64,000 bases of DNA from the NCBI GenBank assembly GCA_040218735.1, contig JAVJQW010000057.1, positions 416,001-480,000 of the forward strand. Reading direction: 5' to 3'. The notes under the pieces are model-generated. The model was not told where the DNA came from and did not search any database. It saw only the letters and a list, made by a program, of their open reading frames with translations. The stretch is from Deltaproteobacteria bacterium. GTDB lineage: Bacteria > Myxococcota > Kuafuiibacteriia > Kuafuiibacteriales > Kuafuiibacteriaceae. Below, piece by piece: positions 62,276 to 64,000 of the stretch (within the stretch, counting starts at the first letter, position 1; every line of letters starts with the position of its first letter). Both the position numbers and the translations under genes were made by a program.

Positions 62276-64000
62276 TCAGGGATCCAGCTCGGTTGCAGTC
62301 TCCGCGTCGGCGGGGGTCGGCAGCGGTTCGAGCGCGTGCAGCGCATCGGCGGCCTCGCCGAGGGTGGCGAGCTCCGACATGCAGCGCACGTAGAGCGGTC
62401 CGAGCTCCGAGCTCGCGTTGTCCGCGGCGCGGACGACCTCGCCGATCTGCGAACCGTCGAGCGGCATGACCGGAATCACCAGGCGCGCGAGATCGGCCGG
62501 CCGCCCCTCGACCGGATAGGGCGTGCTCGCGCCGCGCAGCGCGGCCTCGATGGTGCGCAGCTCGCCGAAGAGCACGTCGCACTGCCATCGGATCTGGCTG
62601 GCGACGTCGTCGTCGTCGAGGCTCCCGTTCTCGAACACCACACCGATGGCGGGGAGCAGCTCGGTGAGCTTGCGTCGGTTCGCGTCGAGCTCGGAGAGTT
62701 TGGCGAGCGTCGCCGCGAGCACATCGAACCTTGCGACGCGCTCCTCATCACCGGCCTCGGCGAGCGTCGCGCGTGCCGCGGTGAGGCGGCGGCTGAGAGC
62801 AGCGCTGAAGCGGGTGAGGTGCTCGGCCGCGGACGACTCCGACTCGAGGGCGTCGTCTTCGAGGCGGTCGAGCCCTGCCGGCGTGACGTCGGCAAGGCCG
62901 AAGCTGTCGCCGTCGACGCGAGAGAACCCCGCGCCGCGGAGCGCGCGGACCTGCGCGATCGAGACGAGCCGTTCGCGCGTCTTGGAGAGGGACCGTGCGA
63001 CCGCGCGGGCTCGAGCGGCTTCGTTGACCAACGCTTGGCGCGCCGCCGCGAGCGCTTCGCGTCCGCCGGGCGACGCGGCTTCGAGTGCGGGGAAGGTGGG
63101 GTGGCTCGGTGCGATGACGCCTTGAAGGAGTCGCACGAGCGCCTCGTACTCTGCGTCCTGCACAGACATCGCTTCGACGAACGCGTCGACCGGGACGAAG
63201 CGCGACGACGGGACGTCTTCGCCGATCAGACGCACGAGGTACGCGCGCGTCACCTCTTGGCTGACGCGTTCGAGGTTCTCGAAGACGGAGGCCGCCGGGG
63301 CTTCGACGGTGTAGATGCCCGGTGCGCCGATGCGCTGCGCCGCCGCGATGCGCGCCTCGTCGGGCGGGTGGGTGTCGAAGAGCGAGCGGTTGTCGACGCC
63401 GTTCTTCAGCACCTCCGCCATCTTCGCGCGGTCGATCTGCGCTTCGCGTTCGACGATCAGGCGCGGCAGGTCGTCGGGGAGCTCGCGTCGGTCGCGCCAC
63501 GAGGTTTCCAGCATCTGCATCGTCACGACCTCGCCGACCGAGAGCTCCTTCATGCGCGTGAACGTCTCGGCGAACGGACCCGAGCCCGCGACCATCACCT
63601 CGTAGGTGTCCGCGTCGTACTCCATGCGACGGAGCAGGAACGTGGAGATCCCGTCGCCGATCATCATGAGGAGCCAGAGCACACGTCGCGTCGCCCACAC
63701 CCCGAGGCGACTCGCGAACAAGATGATCTGCACGTAGAAGTGCGGCGCGTTGTTCGACCAGCGCTCGAGACCTTCGTCCCACGTGTCGCGCTCGTACACC
63801 ACGCGCGCGAACCACACGTTGATCGATCGGATGACGAAGGACAGACGCATCCCCGCGCCCTGCGCGAAGTGACCGAGCTCGTGGCTGAGCACGCCGGTGA
63901 GGTGGCGAAGTGACAGGCCGCGAATGAGCGGGAGCCCGATGGTCAGTGTCAGCTCGGGACGTGGCGACAACACACTCCGCCAGCCGTCCGAGAAGGACGC
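62276..64000 (-). CDS. M48/HtpX-like zinc metalloprotease (5'-truncated by window end)
   Basis: IGLPL, VLSHELGH, MEYDAD and THP motifs; frame open to base 64000. Confidence 0.9.
   Translation of the reverse strand, partial: ASFSDGWRSVLSPRPELTLTIGLPLIRGLSLRHLTGVLSHELGHFAQGAGMRLSFVIRSINVWFARVVYERDTWDEGLERWSNNAPHFYVQIILFASRLGVWATRRVLWLLMMIGDGISTFLLRRMEYDADTYEVMVAGSGPFAETFTRMKELSVGEVVTMQMLETSWRDRRELPDDLPRLIVEREAQIDRAKMAEVLKNGVDNRSLFDTHPPDEARIAAAQRIGAPGIYTVEAPAASVFENLERVSQEVTRAYLVRLIGEDVPSSRFVPVDAFVEAMSVQDAEYEALVRLLQGVIAPSHPTFPALEAASPGGREALAAARQALVNEAARARAVARSLSKTRERLVSIAQVRALRGAGFSRVDGDSFGLADVTPAGLDRLEDDALESESSAAEHLTRFSAALSRRLTAARATLAEAGDEERVARFDVLAATLAKLSELDANRRKLTELLPAIGVVFENGSLDDDDVASQIRWQCDVLFGELRTIEAALRGASTPYPVEGRPADLARLVIPVMPLDGSQIGEVVRAADNASSELGPLYVRCMSELATLGEAADALHALEPLPTPADAETATELDP

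Overview
This window is gene-dense, high-GC bacterial chromosomal DNA, very likely Myxococcota, judging by MYXO-CTERM-type sorting tails, myxobacterial Cys-rich repeats and DAG/DGG-linker lipoproteins. It holds about 48 protein genes. Recognisable ones include a large Ig/vWA/Cys-repeat surface protein, S1, S8 and M48 proteases, a PHP hydrolase coupled to a GH38 mannosidase, a LysR/MBL-hydrolase pair and a 1436-aa ABC1/UbiB kinase. Also present are a copper monooxygenase-like lipoprotein, a Zn-peptidase/ATP-grasp pair, a Fur-boxed heme uptake operon (TBDR, triple HmuY, HmuTUV, HugZ-like, CxxC microprotein), KatG, PBP1b, an ECF sigma operon and two PAP2-superfamily enzymes. I saw no rRNA, tRNA, CRISPR array or transposase. 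The best candidates for undescribed biology are: (i) an apparent polyprotein at 45041-46594 (phospholipase C-like domain, internal MYXO-CTERM-like tail, second signal peptide, beta-barrel) coupled to a PAP2 phosphatase; (ii) a coupled four-gene barrel/Ig-lipoprotein/papain-like/membrane-protein operon at 50622-54661; (iii) the giant ABC1 kinase; (iv) the peptidase/ATP-grasp pair. All family assignments come from motif recognition by eye, not from database searches.
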